A DNA stretch of 63,622 nucleotides, counting the filler, from Octopus bimaculoides (taxonomy: Eukaryota), in assembly GCF_001194135.2 (NCBI RefSeq). It is 6 parts of 6 records of this genome, joined end to end, with 100 filler letters (N's around TTAATTAATTAA, not from the genome) between each part and the next. Parts side by side here need not be neighbours in the genome. Positions count along the whole stretch, not along the records: positions 1 to 7,302 come from NC_069002.1; positions 7,403 to 27,744 come from NC_069000.1; 4 more parts are not named here. The stretch is one strand, 5' to 3'. Made by a program: the position numbers and the translations under genes. This document shows, in pieces, positions 1 through 12,580 of the stretch. The notes under the pieces are model-generated. The model searched no databases, was not told where the DNA came from, and saw only the letters and a list, made by a program, of their open reading frames with translations. Each line of letters begins with the position of its first letter. The stretch's first letter is position 1.

Positions 1-597
1 ACTTGACCTGAGTTCAGTACGGAGACAGCTTAAGCTTATATTGAAAAAATATAATTTATATTTTAAAAATGAAATTTAATCCTTAAGTATTTAATACTGT
101 AATGGTGTCTGTCTAATTTGAGTTGTTTAACAATTCTCCTGTTTGTTCACACTTTGTTGCTGACTCTCACGTTTCCAAATTTAGCGTTCAGCACTAGAAT
201 TTACACGAATTTTACATGACAAAGAATTCTCAATAAAACTTCCGTCTTCTCTCTCAAGAGGCAAAGACCTTGTATTTTAAGTGTGAGTCAGCTATGGTAA
301 TTTCCGGGAAAATTCGATAATAACAATGATTCACTAACGAAGTCAGATTAAGACTTAAGCAAATCTTTTACAAGCTAGAAAAGGAATATTTTGCTAATGA
401 TGGAAGAATAATATAGAAACATGACCAGAGTTGTCACCTGTGCTTAAGGCAATAAATCAAAACTAATTTAGTCATTGCATAATTGTGCTTGTATGCATGC
501 ATGTATGTATGTATGTATGTATGTATATATATATATATANNNNNNNNNNTCTGTCTGTATGTATGTATGTATGTATGTATGTATGTATGTATGTATA

Positions 598-1310
598 CAG
601 GAGTTGGACAAAATAATGGAAACACTTTAAAACACCATAAAATTTCAGACAAATTTATTTTAATATGGGGTAGGACCGTCTTTGGCAGTAATTACAGCTT
701 GAATTCTACGAGCTATGGACTCGTACAAAGTTTGAATTGTTTCCAAGGGAAATTTTGTGCATTATTCTGCTAAAACAGTCTCCAGTTCTTGTAGTGGAGG
801 ATATCGACTCCTTACTTGTTTTCTAAAATGCACCATAAATGTTCAATAATGTTGAGATCTGGGGACTGTGGTGGCCAGATAAGGTGTTTATCTTCACTAA
901 AATGTTCCTCGTGCCATTCAGTAACAACTTTAGCCCTTTGAATTCGTGCATTATCATCCTGAAAGATTGCGTTTCCCTCCGGAAACAGTTCCGCAACCAT
1001 AGGATGAATTTGATCAGATGAAATACTTAAATAGTCTTGACTATTAATTCTGCCATTAAGGGAACCCATTGGACCGGCGGATTTCCAAGATATAGCACCC
1101 CCCCTCCCAGATCATCACAGATCCTCCTCCATGTTTAACAGTTGGAAGAAGACAGTCTGGGTCAAATGCTTCTTTTGGCTGTCTCCACACGTATACTCGG
1201 CCGGTGGTTGGAAATAAGGTAAAGGATGATTCGTCCGAGAATATAACATTCTTCCACTGCTCTAGGGACCAATTCTGCAGGTTTTTACTTCACTCTAAAC
1301 GCTTTGCAAT
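598..1310 (-). mobile_element. Tc1/mariner DNA transposon, 3' half (frameshifted DD36E transposase plus 3' TIR)
   Basis: Minus-strand translation gives IFSDES...TVKHGGGSVMIW (frameshift in a G run)...FQDDNARIQRAKVVTEWHEEHFSEDKHLIWPPQSPDLNIIEHLW (frameshift)...IQAVITAKDGPTPY* (stop at 660-662). The end reads TA|CAGGAGTTGGACAAAATAATGGAAACAC from 598. The 5' half is lost in the gap starting at 1333. Confidence 0.9.
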
Positions 1311-1896
1311 GTTTTTTTGGGTTTTTTTTTTTNNNNNNNNNNNNNNNNNNNNNNNNNNNNNNNNNNNNNNNNNNNNNNNNNNNNNNNNNNNNNNNNNNNN
1401 NNNNNNNNNNNNNNNNNNNNNNNNNNNNNNNNNNNNNNNNNNNNNNNNNNNNNNNNNNNNNNNNNNNNNNNNNNNNNNNNNNNNNNNNNNNNNNNNNNNN
1501 NNNNNNNNNNNNNNNNNNNNNNNNNNNNNNNNNNNNNNNNNNNNNNNNNNNNNNNNNNNNNNNNNNNNNNNNNNNNNNNNNNNNNNNNNNNNNNNNNNNN
1601 NNNNNNNNNNNNNNNNNNNNNNNNNNNNNNNNNNNNNNNNNNNNNNNNNNNNNNNNNNNNNNNNNNNNNNNNNNNNNNNNNNNNNNNNNNNNNNNNNNNN
1701 NNNNNNNNNNNNNNNNNNNNNNNNNNNNNNNNNNNNNNNNNNNNNNNNNNNNNNNNNNNNNNNNNNNNNNNNNNNNNNNNNNNNNNNNNNNNNNNNNNNN
1801 NNNNNNNNNNNNNNNNNNNNNNNNNNNNNNNNNNNNNNNNNNNNNNNNNNNNNNNNNNNNNNNNNNNNNNNNNNNNNNNNNNNNNNNNNNNNNNNN

Positions 1897-1929
<33 letters not shown>

Positions 1930-2016
1930 CATGTAATTGTTAGAGAGGACAACAAACATTAAGGCAAGGCAAACATCTCAAGTCGTATACAATATTATTA
2001 TTGGAAAGAATCCTAA

Positions 2017-2072
2017 GTCTTCCAGCTGCTTTTGGGATATCCCTGTGTATGAGACATTCTGTCATCAGAGAC
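2017..2072 (-). ncRNA. Decayed minimal hammerhead-like motif (GTCT/AGAC stem I family)
   Basis: Minus strand reads GTCT-CTGATGA-[insert]-GGGATATCCC-AAAAG-CAGCTG-GA-AGAC. Stem I, the CUGAUGA core and a palindromic CAGCTG are present, but GAAA and the NUH triplet are damaged. Related to the copy at 24210. Confidence 0.4.
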
Positions 2073-5000
2073 AAATAGAGAAAATAGGGCGATGTGCGTG
2101 TGCAGATGTGAAGTGTTTATATATTAATGTTTGAAGGGTATACAGTGTACAACCTTCAGACATTAATATATAAACACACAAAATCCTCTCCTGATCGGTC
2201 AAGTAATGAAGTTTGTTACATGAGTGACCATCTTGTCCACTTTGTACAACCCCGTAAGTAGAGATCTGGAGGGATTGTTGACTAAAAGGACGTTCAATGC
2301 AACAGAGAGACCTGGCGGGATTAGGAACAAAGGGATCAGATCATTTAGGGCAGTAAGGGACTGGGAACAAGGAAGGAAACTCAACGCAACAAAGGATTTT
2401 ACCTAGCTTTTGGCTTCTTTTTCTCTCTTCTTTCGCATTTATTTTTTAATCTTATCGTCTCTGTTGGCACGCGATGTAAGGTAGATCTACTACTACTACT
2501 ACTACTACTACTAGAGTTGTTGGTAAGGCTGTTGTTGCTGTTGTTGTAAAGGCGTGGCGTGTGGATTTTTAATGCTTGATGGATCACAGACGTGAAGGTA
2601 GTGGTGTAAGGGAGAAAATAAGAGAGAGATAGAGGGGGTACAAAAGAAGGCAGTAATTTCTGTGTAAGACTGCCTCCTCCTCTCCTTTTCCTCCTCCTTC
2701 CCTTCTGACTGTTTGTCTTGAACCACACTTTAACAACAAGTCAGGTTATTTTTGTTATATGAAGCATGCCTAATTGAGCTCTAATGGAGGCTTAATTAGT
2801 AGTCTGTAGTTTGGGGTGAGGTGTAGGGTGTCTACGTCCCTGTGTTCGTGTGTGTGTGTGAATGTCTGTGTGTCTACTTACACTGACAGTGAATTGCTTG
2901 ATTTCTGGGATGCAGTGAAAAAGTTCCCTCCCAAACTATCTTTCTTGTTTTTGTTGTTATTGCTTCTGTCATTGTTGTTCTTGTTATTGTCGCTATTGTG
3001 GTTAGAGTCGCTGCTGCTGCTGCTGCTGTTGTTGATGATAATATTGTTGATGAAGATGATGATGTTGCTTAAACACAGTCTTTCCCTCCTTCCTTTTCTT
3101 CATTCAAAAAAATCATAAACTTTCCAGTCATGAACATCGCGTTTTACTATCGGATGTTCCTGCGATTAAATTGAGACCGGATTAGACGTTACCCGGCCAA
3201 TATATAATCCGAACTACATATGTCAGATCTACTTTTTTCCATTCGCAAAATATGCATTTTTTAAAAGACAGGAAAAAGTCTGAAAATCGGCTATAATAAT
3301 ATAGTTTTCCAGTCTAATTGCTACGAAGGTATGATACTGTGGACAAAAAAAAAAAATAGAGGAAAAAGTTACATAGGTTTAAAATTCGAAGAAAATGTAT
3401 TTTTAGCCAATAATGAGGCAGGAATTTTCTTCGTTTAGCGGAGCGGTGTCAACTTTACGGTTGTACCCTGTGAAATTTATAGCGTCTGTGAAATAAACAG
3501 AAATATCTAATTTCATTGTAGGTTTCTAAACAAACAGAAATACCTAATAAAATCAACATGTATCATCATACTGTTTCTTTTGTCTCTTGATTGTATGTTT
3601 TTGCTATTATTTTTTAATTTGTTATATTAATATATTTGTTTGCATGTGTTTACTTTATGCATATTTCAGTATTATGTATACCTGTCATGTATGTATGTAT
3701 ATCATTAATACATAAGTGCGTGTGTGTGTGTATGTGTGTATGTGAAAAGGAGGCGTCTGTCTCCAAAACTTCAATGTTGAGTAACGTTTTCAAGCTTGGA
3801 TTTGTAAACCACAAGAATAACACTGGTCAACAAAGAATTTGTCCCAAGAAAAAAAATACCTGTATCTTACATGTTTTTGCGTGCAGAGTTCAAAAATAAT
3901 GCCAAATTATTTGTACTAAGTTCACATATTTCATTCACCTTCATAATGCCAAGAAACTGTATAAACATCACAAACAACTGTTACTATATATGAAAAATAC
4001 GTAAAATATTAAGACAACTGACGAAAAATAACTATATCAAAATTCTAATTGATAAATATAAATTTTTATTAAAACAAAACACGCGGGTGAAGTAAATCTC
4101 GTGGTGTGAAGAATCCACACAACATGCGGTTGAAACACAATACAACGTGCGGTTGTCATGGTAACAAATCGTTAATGCCTCACTGTCTGTTGATTGGCTA
4201 AAATTACCCAAATTTCCCAAATTTAATGCCAAATAACATCAGATTCTTTAATTTGCGAAATAAAGTAATTGGTTGATCGCAATCAAAATTCAGAGTTGCA
4301 TCGATATACCAAAATTGAAAGCAATCTTAGCAAAATTGAGGTAGGGGCTCATTTTGCGAATGAAACTAACTAGATTCCATATATTCCTGTTTTAATATGG
4401 CAGGACAACGTAACTTGAGTAAATTATAACTGTTTTTTTTTAGCGAGTCGGTTAACGCCGTGCAGACCCAAAAAAGTTTCCAAATCTTTNNNNNNNNNNN
4501 NNNNNNNNNNNNNNNNNNNNNNNNNNNNNNNNNNNNNNNNNNNNNNNNNNNNNNNNNNNNNNNNNNNNNNNNNNNNNNNNNNNNNNNNNNNNNNNNNNNN
4601 NNNNNNNNNNNNNNNNNNNNNNNNNNNNNNNNNNNNNNNNNNNNNNNNNNNNNNNNNNNNNNNNNNNNNNNNNNNNNNNNNNNNNNNNNNNNNNNNNNNN
4701 NNNGGTGGTGGTGGCCTTGATTGTATTTAGCCCTGATTGAGTCGACATATTTATGATGGAAGCTATTCCATGTACTCCTAGATACATTATACCTGAATAA
4801 TAGGCGGTATGTTCGTGGCTGGAACGTCTTTCGATCGTGCGTTCGATCAGGGCTGACCGGGTAGTGTATGTATGTGAGAGTGATAAACACCAACAACAGC
4901 AATAATGTGATTTCTGGTGATCTACAACCGAACCAAGGAAATTCTATTTTCATTGGTTGATCAAATCCCTCACCCTTTATGGTGACAATTCCTGACAAAA

Positions 5001-6941
5001 TTGTAGCTATTTTTAATGGTGAGATTTGAACTCAGATACGGTAAGATTTGAACTCAGAATGTTCAGAACCGGAGCAGATATCACCAGGCAACCTGTCAAT
5101 CATTCTAACAATGCTACAGGTTTACCACTGTCTTGTACATTTTTTAACACCAGGCTAATTCTGTCTTGTACCCCAGGCTAATTCTGGTTTACACTCCTAC
5201 ATGAGCGACGATGTTCCAGGCATGACCATCTCGTCTTACTCCTTTTCTTCAGATAGCGTTTTATGTTTGTGATGGTGATGGTGATGACGGTGGGGATGGG
5301 GGTAAGATAATACAGAAATTAATATAGATATTTCTGTGACACACCAGAACCCTTTCATCTTGTCATCATGCAGCAGAAAGAGAGAGAGAGAGTGGGGTAT
5401 AGAGATAGACAAATAGACAGACAGACAAACAGAGGTGGACAGACAAAAAGAGAGAGAGATGGAGCGTAGAGAGAGAAAATAAGTAGATAAGGGAGGGTCA
5501 GAGAGAGAGAGAGAAAGAAAGTTCTGTGTCGGCAAGGAAGAAAGTTCGTGCGGGTACATATTTTAGCCCCAACACCGATCTGTTAATTAGGATGAGGTCA
5601 GGAGGTATTCAGTGGATGATGTCTGGGTGAAGACGGGTGACGGGTCAATTTACTTTGGCTGAATTCACCCTTAACAACGTAGAAAGTAATATTACCTGAC
5701 TGACTTCAACATTCTCTCAGGCAGAACCATCATCAACAACTGGACAGGAGGAAGGCCTCATCAAGTTTTTTTTTTTTTTTCTCTCGCCGGTTCCTGTCTG
5801 CACCAGACATTGCCTCCACCTGTTCTTGTTGTTGTTGCTGTTGTTGTTGTTGATGTCGTCGTCGTCGTCGTCATCGTCGTTGTTGTTGTTCGACCACATC
5901 GACCAAACTTATCAAACATACAGCAGCTGCAATCATCAAGCCTTTGTTTGCCATAGTCTATCTAAAGCTACATTTTTTTATTGTGTTCTTCATGTCTTTT
6001 AAAGACGCCAAGGTGTACTTTGGGGTAGGATTCGGTTGTTATTTTTAGCAGATCAAACGAACGCGCAGAAGCTTCCTTCATTTTATGATTCCAACTACTA
6101 ACACCAACACCACCGCCACCACAGCCACCACCACCACCAACACCACCAGCGCCACCACCAATGCCACCACCACAGCCCCACCACCACAACCCCACCACCA
6201 CAGCCCCACCACTAACACCACCACGGCCGTCGCCCCACCACTAACACCACCACCACCACCACTACTACTACTACTACTTCCCGACTGCAGTGAGGCTATC
6301 AAATGACGGTATCATGGTAGAGGTAAAGTAGCGGCGAATTAATTCGAATCTGTTTAAGACAGCAACAATGTTGATAAGTTAAACAGAGAATATGGCCGCC
6401 ACACATTAACATTTCTCGTTTCTTTGCGACTGACGTATGTAGGGGCGTGGGCGGAAATGGGCTTTAGTACACACTGTGTGTACATATATATACATATATA
6501 CATGTATGTACGTATGTATATGAGTGAGTAAATAAACGAAAGGGACACTCTGCATATTCAGTAGGGGTTACATATATTATTATCTAAAATAATTAAATTC
6601 GATCTCATGCAACTTAAAGTTACAGGAAGATAGCACATCGGGCGCAGACGGGGTCGAATCTCTATATATATACATCTAGTAAGTTGGGCCTCATCTCAGC
6701 GGTGGCGGTAGTGGTGGTGGTGATGATGGTGGGGAGGAGTGGTGTGCAGCAATATCGTCCTGGGGAAGGCCTCGAACGGCGCACATTCTCTCCTGATGAC
6801 CCCACGAGCCAGTGTCCGGTATGCAGAGCGTTCGACTTGTAGTGCTTGGGAGCACCACAAGTTGTCTGCAAATAATAGAGAGAGAGAGAAGGGAGAGAGA
6901 AAGGGAGAGAGAGAGGGGATGAGATAGGGGAGAGAGAGAGA

Positions 6942-7089
6942 GGCGCAGGAGTGGTAATGTGGTAAGAATCTTGCTCCCTAACTACATGTTTCCGGGTTCA
7001 GTTCCACTGTGTGGCACCTTCTAGTCTCGCCTCGGGGCGACCAAGCCATGCGAGTGGAATTGGTTGACGGAAATTGAAAGAAACCTGTC

Positions 7090-7134
<45 letters not shown>

Positions 7135-7230
7135 TGTATGCTTATGTGTTGTGTCGGTGTGTCTGTGTTTTCCGCCCAGCATCGCCAGACAACCGATGTT
7201 GGTGTGTTTATGTCCCCGTAACGTAGCACC
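6942..7230 (+). mobile_element. tRNA-derived SINE family 1: head, internal (TA)n and truncated body
   Basis: Head ggcgcaggagtgg...gtggtaag...ccgggttcagttccactg (A/B-box-like), then (TA)n, then the body motif gacaaccgatgttggtgtgtttatgtccccgtaac seen in many other copies here. Confidence 0.85.
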
Positions 7231-7346
7231 CTTAATCACCTTAGTGCCAATTGTACCACATACAAAAACGATATACACACATACACACACACACATACAC
7301 ACNNNNNNNNNNNNNNNNNNNNNNNNNNNNNNNNNNNNNNNNNNNN

Positions 7347-7358
7347 TTAATTAATTAA
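7347..7358. other. Assembly gap placeholder TTAATTAATTAA (also at 27789-27800, 44455-44466, 54060-54071, 62301-62312)
   Basis: The same 12-mer is centred in 100-nt gaps (44 N + 12 + 44 N) five times and encodes stops in all six frames. Confidence 0.95.
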
Positions 7359-7402
7359 NNNNNNNNNNNNNNNNNNNNNNNNNNNNNNNNNNNNNNNNNN
7401 NN

Positions 7403-7632
7403 GTGTGTGTGTGTGTGTGTGCTTGTGTGTCTGTGTTTGTTCTCCTACCATCGCTTGACAACCGATGGTGGTGTGTTTACGTCCTCATATCTTAGCGGTG
7501 CGGCAAAAGTGACCTATAGAATAAGTACTAGGCTTACAAAGAATAAGTCCCGGGGTCGATTTGTTCGACTAAAAAGGCGGTGCTACAACATGGCCGCAGT
7601 CAAATGACTGAAACATATAAAAGAATAAAATA
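7403..7632 (+). mobile_element. SINE family 1 body and tail
   Basis: (TG)n followed by catcgcttgacaaccgatg...ggggtcgatttg.tcgactaaa.ggcggtgct.ca.catggccgcagtcaaatgactgaaac and an (AAGAATA)-type tail. Confidence 0.9.
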
Positions 7633-8840
7633 ATACTCATGGACCCCATTGGAGCACATTTGGTATTACTTTACCTCAGGATTCCTTGTTGTTTAGATTT
7701 CATTCTACACTAATCAAAATGTCTTGTTGGTTTAATGGGCAGGGTTTATGAATGCTTACAAAACCACTTGATAGATGGATGTGTTGTTTGTTGCTTACAT
7801 ATCAATGCAGGTGGACATGGAAAGTGGGAAAGAGAAGGACGAAAAGAAGAAGCGAAGAATGGGGGAGATAAATCTGTGAGTTGCATTCGGTCAAGTGTGC
7901 GCAGAGAGGAAAACAGGAAATCTAGAAGAATAAAGGAACTGGGGAACGCGGGCAAGAGAGAAAGAAAAAGAAAATGACAAATAGATATAGTATAAGGATG
8001 AGACATTTATTTGACATAGAAATAGAACACAAATCCACCCACGTATTTCTCTGATGCACAGGCAAATGTCATAAACAAAATAGTAAGTACATGTTTGTGT
8101 TTATTATTGTCACTTTCTGGTTATTAAATTGAGTCATTCGAATTATTTTATTCAATGGGTTTGGTGTTAGCAGGTGTTTCACTTGGCTCATGCTGTGTTG
8201 CCAATGTCTTCTTCTTAAAGTGGCAAGGTCATTGTACTCTCAGTTCTATTAAACCATCTCATGAATAGCGGCATCAAAAATGAATTTGCACCAATTTATT
8301 ACACATCGGCCATTTTTCATCATGTATATTTCATTGCGATGGTGTATTGTACCTACATTATATATTAGTTGTTCCGATATTTGTTGTAAATATTATCCTC
8401 TCTGCCCATACCTGCTTATAATAAATATTGTTTATATTCTTTCATATTTAGTATCTTTATTGTCTACACAAGTTCCCAGAGTCCTTCTAGCATCAGGTTC
8501 AGGTGCTATGGAAGATTAATGTGTGTTTCATAATGTTATTTTTCAAGCTCTATGAATGATTTCTTGATTCTCTGCCGATACGATAATACCATACACGAAT
8601 GTCTATTTATTACACGTTCCTATTATATATGATAATTTCCAGCGTTTCTTCAAGGCAACAGTTGCATACCCGTGAAATTCTCTCATAAGGTTTGACGTTT
8701 TTCAGTATTGGCCATTTAGATAATTTCATGAGACATTACAATTAGATAGTGGTAAGATGGTGACAATTTCAAGAACACTTTCTTTGCAATTGTTAGATAT
8801 GTGTATGAATCTGTGCAGCTGGGTACATCATGCGTGTGTC

Positions 8841-8880
<40 letters not shown>

Positions 8881-9255
8881 TAAACACACTCTCACTCAGA
8901 TACACACATGCACAAACACACGTGTGTATGTGTGTATATATGTAAATATATGTATATATTCGTATACAAACATGTATATCTAGATATAGTTGTGTACATA
9001 CACGCACAAATATATATACATATATATATGAATAAATATATATATATGTGTGTGTTTATATATATAATTTTGGGACTGCCATGTTGGCTTGGCGATAACT
9101 ATTAATTTCCAGTACCGCTGCCGTAGTCTCCTTTAGAGAGACTTGGAAATATTAATAACTCTATTTCTGAAAACCAGTGGATAGATTCCACTGAAATTAG
9201 ATAAATAACCTTCGAGCAGATAGTCAGCAGCGCCGCCTGGCTAAGGCTTGGCTGC

Positions 9256-9302
9256 TCTGCATTGACAAGGGGCAACACCCTGAAACTAGTCTAGTCTGCA
9301 GA
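9256..9302 (+). ncRNA. Decayed minimal type-I hammerhead ribozyme motif
   Basis: TCTGCA-TTGACA-AGGG gcaaca CCCT-GAAAC-TAGTC TAGTC-TGCAGA. It has a 6-bp stem I, a 4-bp stem II and a GUC triplet. The core carries C3U and has lost G8; a 5-nt duplication lies in stem III. Confidence 0.6.
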
Positions 9303-9610
9303 TGCCAAACCAGCAGGGGGACACTGCTGACCTCCCCTGTTCGAAGGTTATAAAGGACACAGGTTTCGTGTGTCACATAGCTAGCTANNNNNNNNNNNNN
9401 NNNNNNNNNNNNNNNNNNNNNNNNNNNNNNNNNNNNNNNNNNNNNNNNNNNNNNNNNNNNNNNNNNNNNNNNNNNNNNNNNNNNNNNNNNNNNNNNNNNN
9501 NNNNNNNNNNNNNNNNNNNNNNNNNNNNNNNNNNNNNNNNNNNNNNNNNNNNNNNNNNNNNNNNNNNNNNNNNNNNNNNNNNNNNNNNNNNNNNNNNNNN
9601 NNNNNNNNNN

Positions 9611-9684
<74 letters not shown>

Positions 9685-10770
9685 TTATTTATATTTATAT
9701 ATACACGCATAAAAGTTTTGAAGTTAGAATATTTTAAAGATATCTTGAAGAAGTTTTTCTGCAACTTTTATAAAATTTTTGCAATCACAATATAAAAAAA
9801 AAAACTTATCAAAACTAAACTACTGAATTATTCATGAATGATTTTAAATGTTTTTATCAGTTTAGGAATTTTAGAAGCCAATATTTCTTCTAATTTTCTC
9901 AATTTCTAAAGACATTTTGAATTTTTTTCTAGCGGAGACAACAATATTTATAATTTGTAATTTATTTTCTATCATACGTAATGATATCTGATACATTGAT
10001 AGGTTCAGCTTAGGAAACTTTTAGAAATTTTGAGAAGTATTTTAGCTCTTTTTATTTTAATTAACAGAAATTTGCGTAAAATTTAAATATTCATCATAAT
10101 CATAGTTAACATAAAATTTAAATATTTCTGAAATTGAAATATGATTATAAAATTCCATTATATAAATTTCGAAAGTGTTTCGATATCATTTTCTGATGAT
10201 ATTTTGAAATCAAGATTGGGGGAGAAATTTTGTTTGAATTTGCTCTAAACTTAAAATTTCACATTTTATGAGCATTTTAGTTCAGATAATTATATTTAAG
10301 TCGTTTATTTAAAAATTAACAGTAAATACTTGTATTACCAACTAGACATATTCTTACAGAATAAACTAATCATTCACATTATCGACATTTGGGGATCAAT
10401 TTCCATGGCTGCGCTTAAGTTATGAAAATATGCCATGAAATTCTGTAATTTCTGATGTCTCATCTAGCCTCTGGAAATAAGACAGGAAAAGTGTTGCTGT
10501 GAAGGATGAGCAGATTCTATCGGGATACGTGCACACGAAGTTGGGAATTTAATCGCATTACTGGTGTAAGTAAAACAAAGTAAGAATTGACCAAATCTTA
10601 CAGAGGTGACTCACTATTTCTATCGGATCACTCGATCTCGTGGACGCTCCCTCTCTTACTTGCAGATGACAGGAAAGAAAATTAAATTCGGTGTGAATGA
10701 AATCCGGAGAAATTGTGAAATAGATAATGAGGAAAACAAATGATTGGTATGTCACACTGAACCATTTGAA

Positions 10771-10849
10771 TGTGAGTTTCTATGTAAAACTTGCTTCCAC
10801 TTAGTGCTACTCAATTAGTGCAGTAGCGAGTTTTACATGGAAATTCATA
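10771..10849 (+). repeat. Near-perfect 25-bp inverted repeat (hairpin with 29-nt loop)
   Basis: Arms 10771-10795 and 10825-10849 pair fully on the + strand with four G-U wobbles. Confidence 0.85.
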
Positions 10850-12294
10850 AATGCTATCACCGTACCTTTTTCACAGTGTAATTCGAAGTAAATTTTATAG
10901 AATTGTAAATATATAAATAGATAAAGACGGAGAACGGCGATTCATTACAGTGCCCAATTTAGGACAATAAAGGAGTACCAGATTTCTTAAATAGTGTGAC
11001 CCTTGTAAACTGGTAAACAAAATGTCCCTAAACTTGAAATGAGTAGAAACACGAAACCGTGATGTTATCTAATGATTTATCAGCATAGTTGGAGTGAGAT
11101 GTCGTCTACTAGGAATCGAACAAACCTCACGGAGATGATTAATCATTTCTAACAATGATCGATCACATGAAGACTCTCACACTGAACTATAGATGTGAGA
11201 GTGAAGAAATTAAATTAAGCATCAATAAAATCTGATGAAATTTGAGCTAAGAAACACAACATCAATTCTGCAAAACACATTGTGGAAAGTTCTGTCATTT
11301 CTGCTATGCTGCAGCTTTCAATATATCATTTATTTGGTGTCTACTCGAATTTTCTCATTACCTGTTTTCAGGTGCAAGCCTGAGAAATTCTGTGTGGCGA
11401 TTCAGTCAGCTTTGTATATATTACTAATCACGTTTACCTAACAATATTCAGTTCCTATTCCCGCTTAACTGCAACTCAATACTATCGTAAAATATGTTTA
11501 ATATATACAAAAATATTGATCCTTAGCTTTGGTACAAGGTCACATGTTAACAGAGTGTCAGTGTATAAGGCCGATTATAATAACGGTTTAGGATATGGGA
11601 AGACGTCCACGCACAATCGTTTATTTGAAGAATCTACTGTTAAGTTAATCGACCCGAATACATGAGTAATATTTATTTTATCGATGTTCGATGGATGACA
11701 AGACAAAGTCAGCCCACATAAAATACGAATTCAGAAATATAAAGAGACATACATAAATAAGTGTAAGTCATTTTACATCCGACACTCTACTGTCTCCGCA
11801 CAGCAATGTGCTGCCCAGATAAACATACATTGATTTAATAGTCGTAAAAGAAGAAGCCAAGAAAATATAAACACATTTAGAAAATTTATATAGCCGTTGT
11901 CTTTGGTCTGCTTTTTATTCTTTCGTTTTCCCTTTTATCTTATACTTTGTGGTGTTCATATCTCTATTTATTTAATGAAAGATTGTGCTGCTTCTGTCAA
12001 ATATGTGCGCGCGCGTTTATGTCGGTAGGTAGGTATGTAGGTAGGTATGTATGTATGTATGTATGTAGGTAGGTAGGTAGGTAGGGAGGGAGGGAGGGAG
12101 GTAAGTTGGTTGGTGAGTAGGTAGGTATTGATTGGGTGATTGATTGATTGCGATTTCTGCAAAAAATATAAACACTGCAGCTTAGTAATTAGACAAAAGA
12201 GGCGTATAGGTCAAGTTTCTCACTGATATTACGATTGTTCTTTGAGTCAATAGACATTTTTTGCTTTCTTTATTCGTTTTTGAGGCTGGGGTAA

Positions 12295-12580
12295 ACATGA
12301 TGATGATGAGAGAGGATAATGATGATGACGATGATGACGACGACGACGACAATGATAATGATGATGATGATAAGGAGGAGGAGGATAATGACGATGAACC
12401 TGACATTACTGCTGCTGCTACTTCTAATACTACTACTACTACTACTACTACTGATAACTGCAACAACATCAGAAGCAGCAATAGTAACAACAACAACAAC
12501 AGCAGCAGAAGCAACTACGACAATAACAACAACAACAATAATAATTATAATGATAACAACAACAGCGACAACAATAATTG
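12295..12580. repeat. Compound trinucleotide microsatellite (GAT/GAC/GAG/ACT/AAC/AAT)
   Basis: Seen directly. It accounts for the low-complexity ORFs at 12182-13081. Confidence 0.9.

Noticed and set aside
1204-1962. Long ORFs in the track that cross N gaps (also 25988-27135, 28766-29824, 30558-31797, 36904-37506, 41750-42345, 42878-43459, 51768-52382)
   Set aside because: They are open only because N codons contain no stops.
7347-7358. Recurrent TTAATTAATTAA islands inside N runs (five occurrences)
   Set aside because: Each is exactly centred in a 100-nt gap (44+12+44) and gives stops in all six frames. This is an assembly or annotation placeholder, not biology.
11028-11062. TTGAAATGA-GTagaaacAC-GAAAC-CGTG (and a similar weak match at about 43910-43955 on the minus strand)
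   Set aside because: The core is disrupted and there is no stem I or NUH; compatible with chance in AT-rich DNA.
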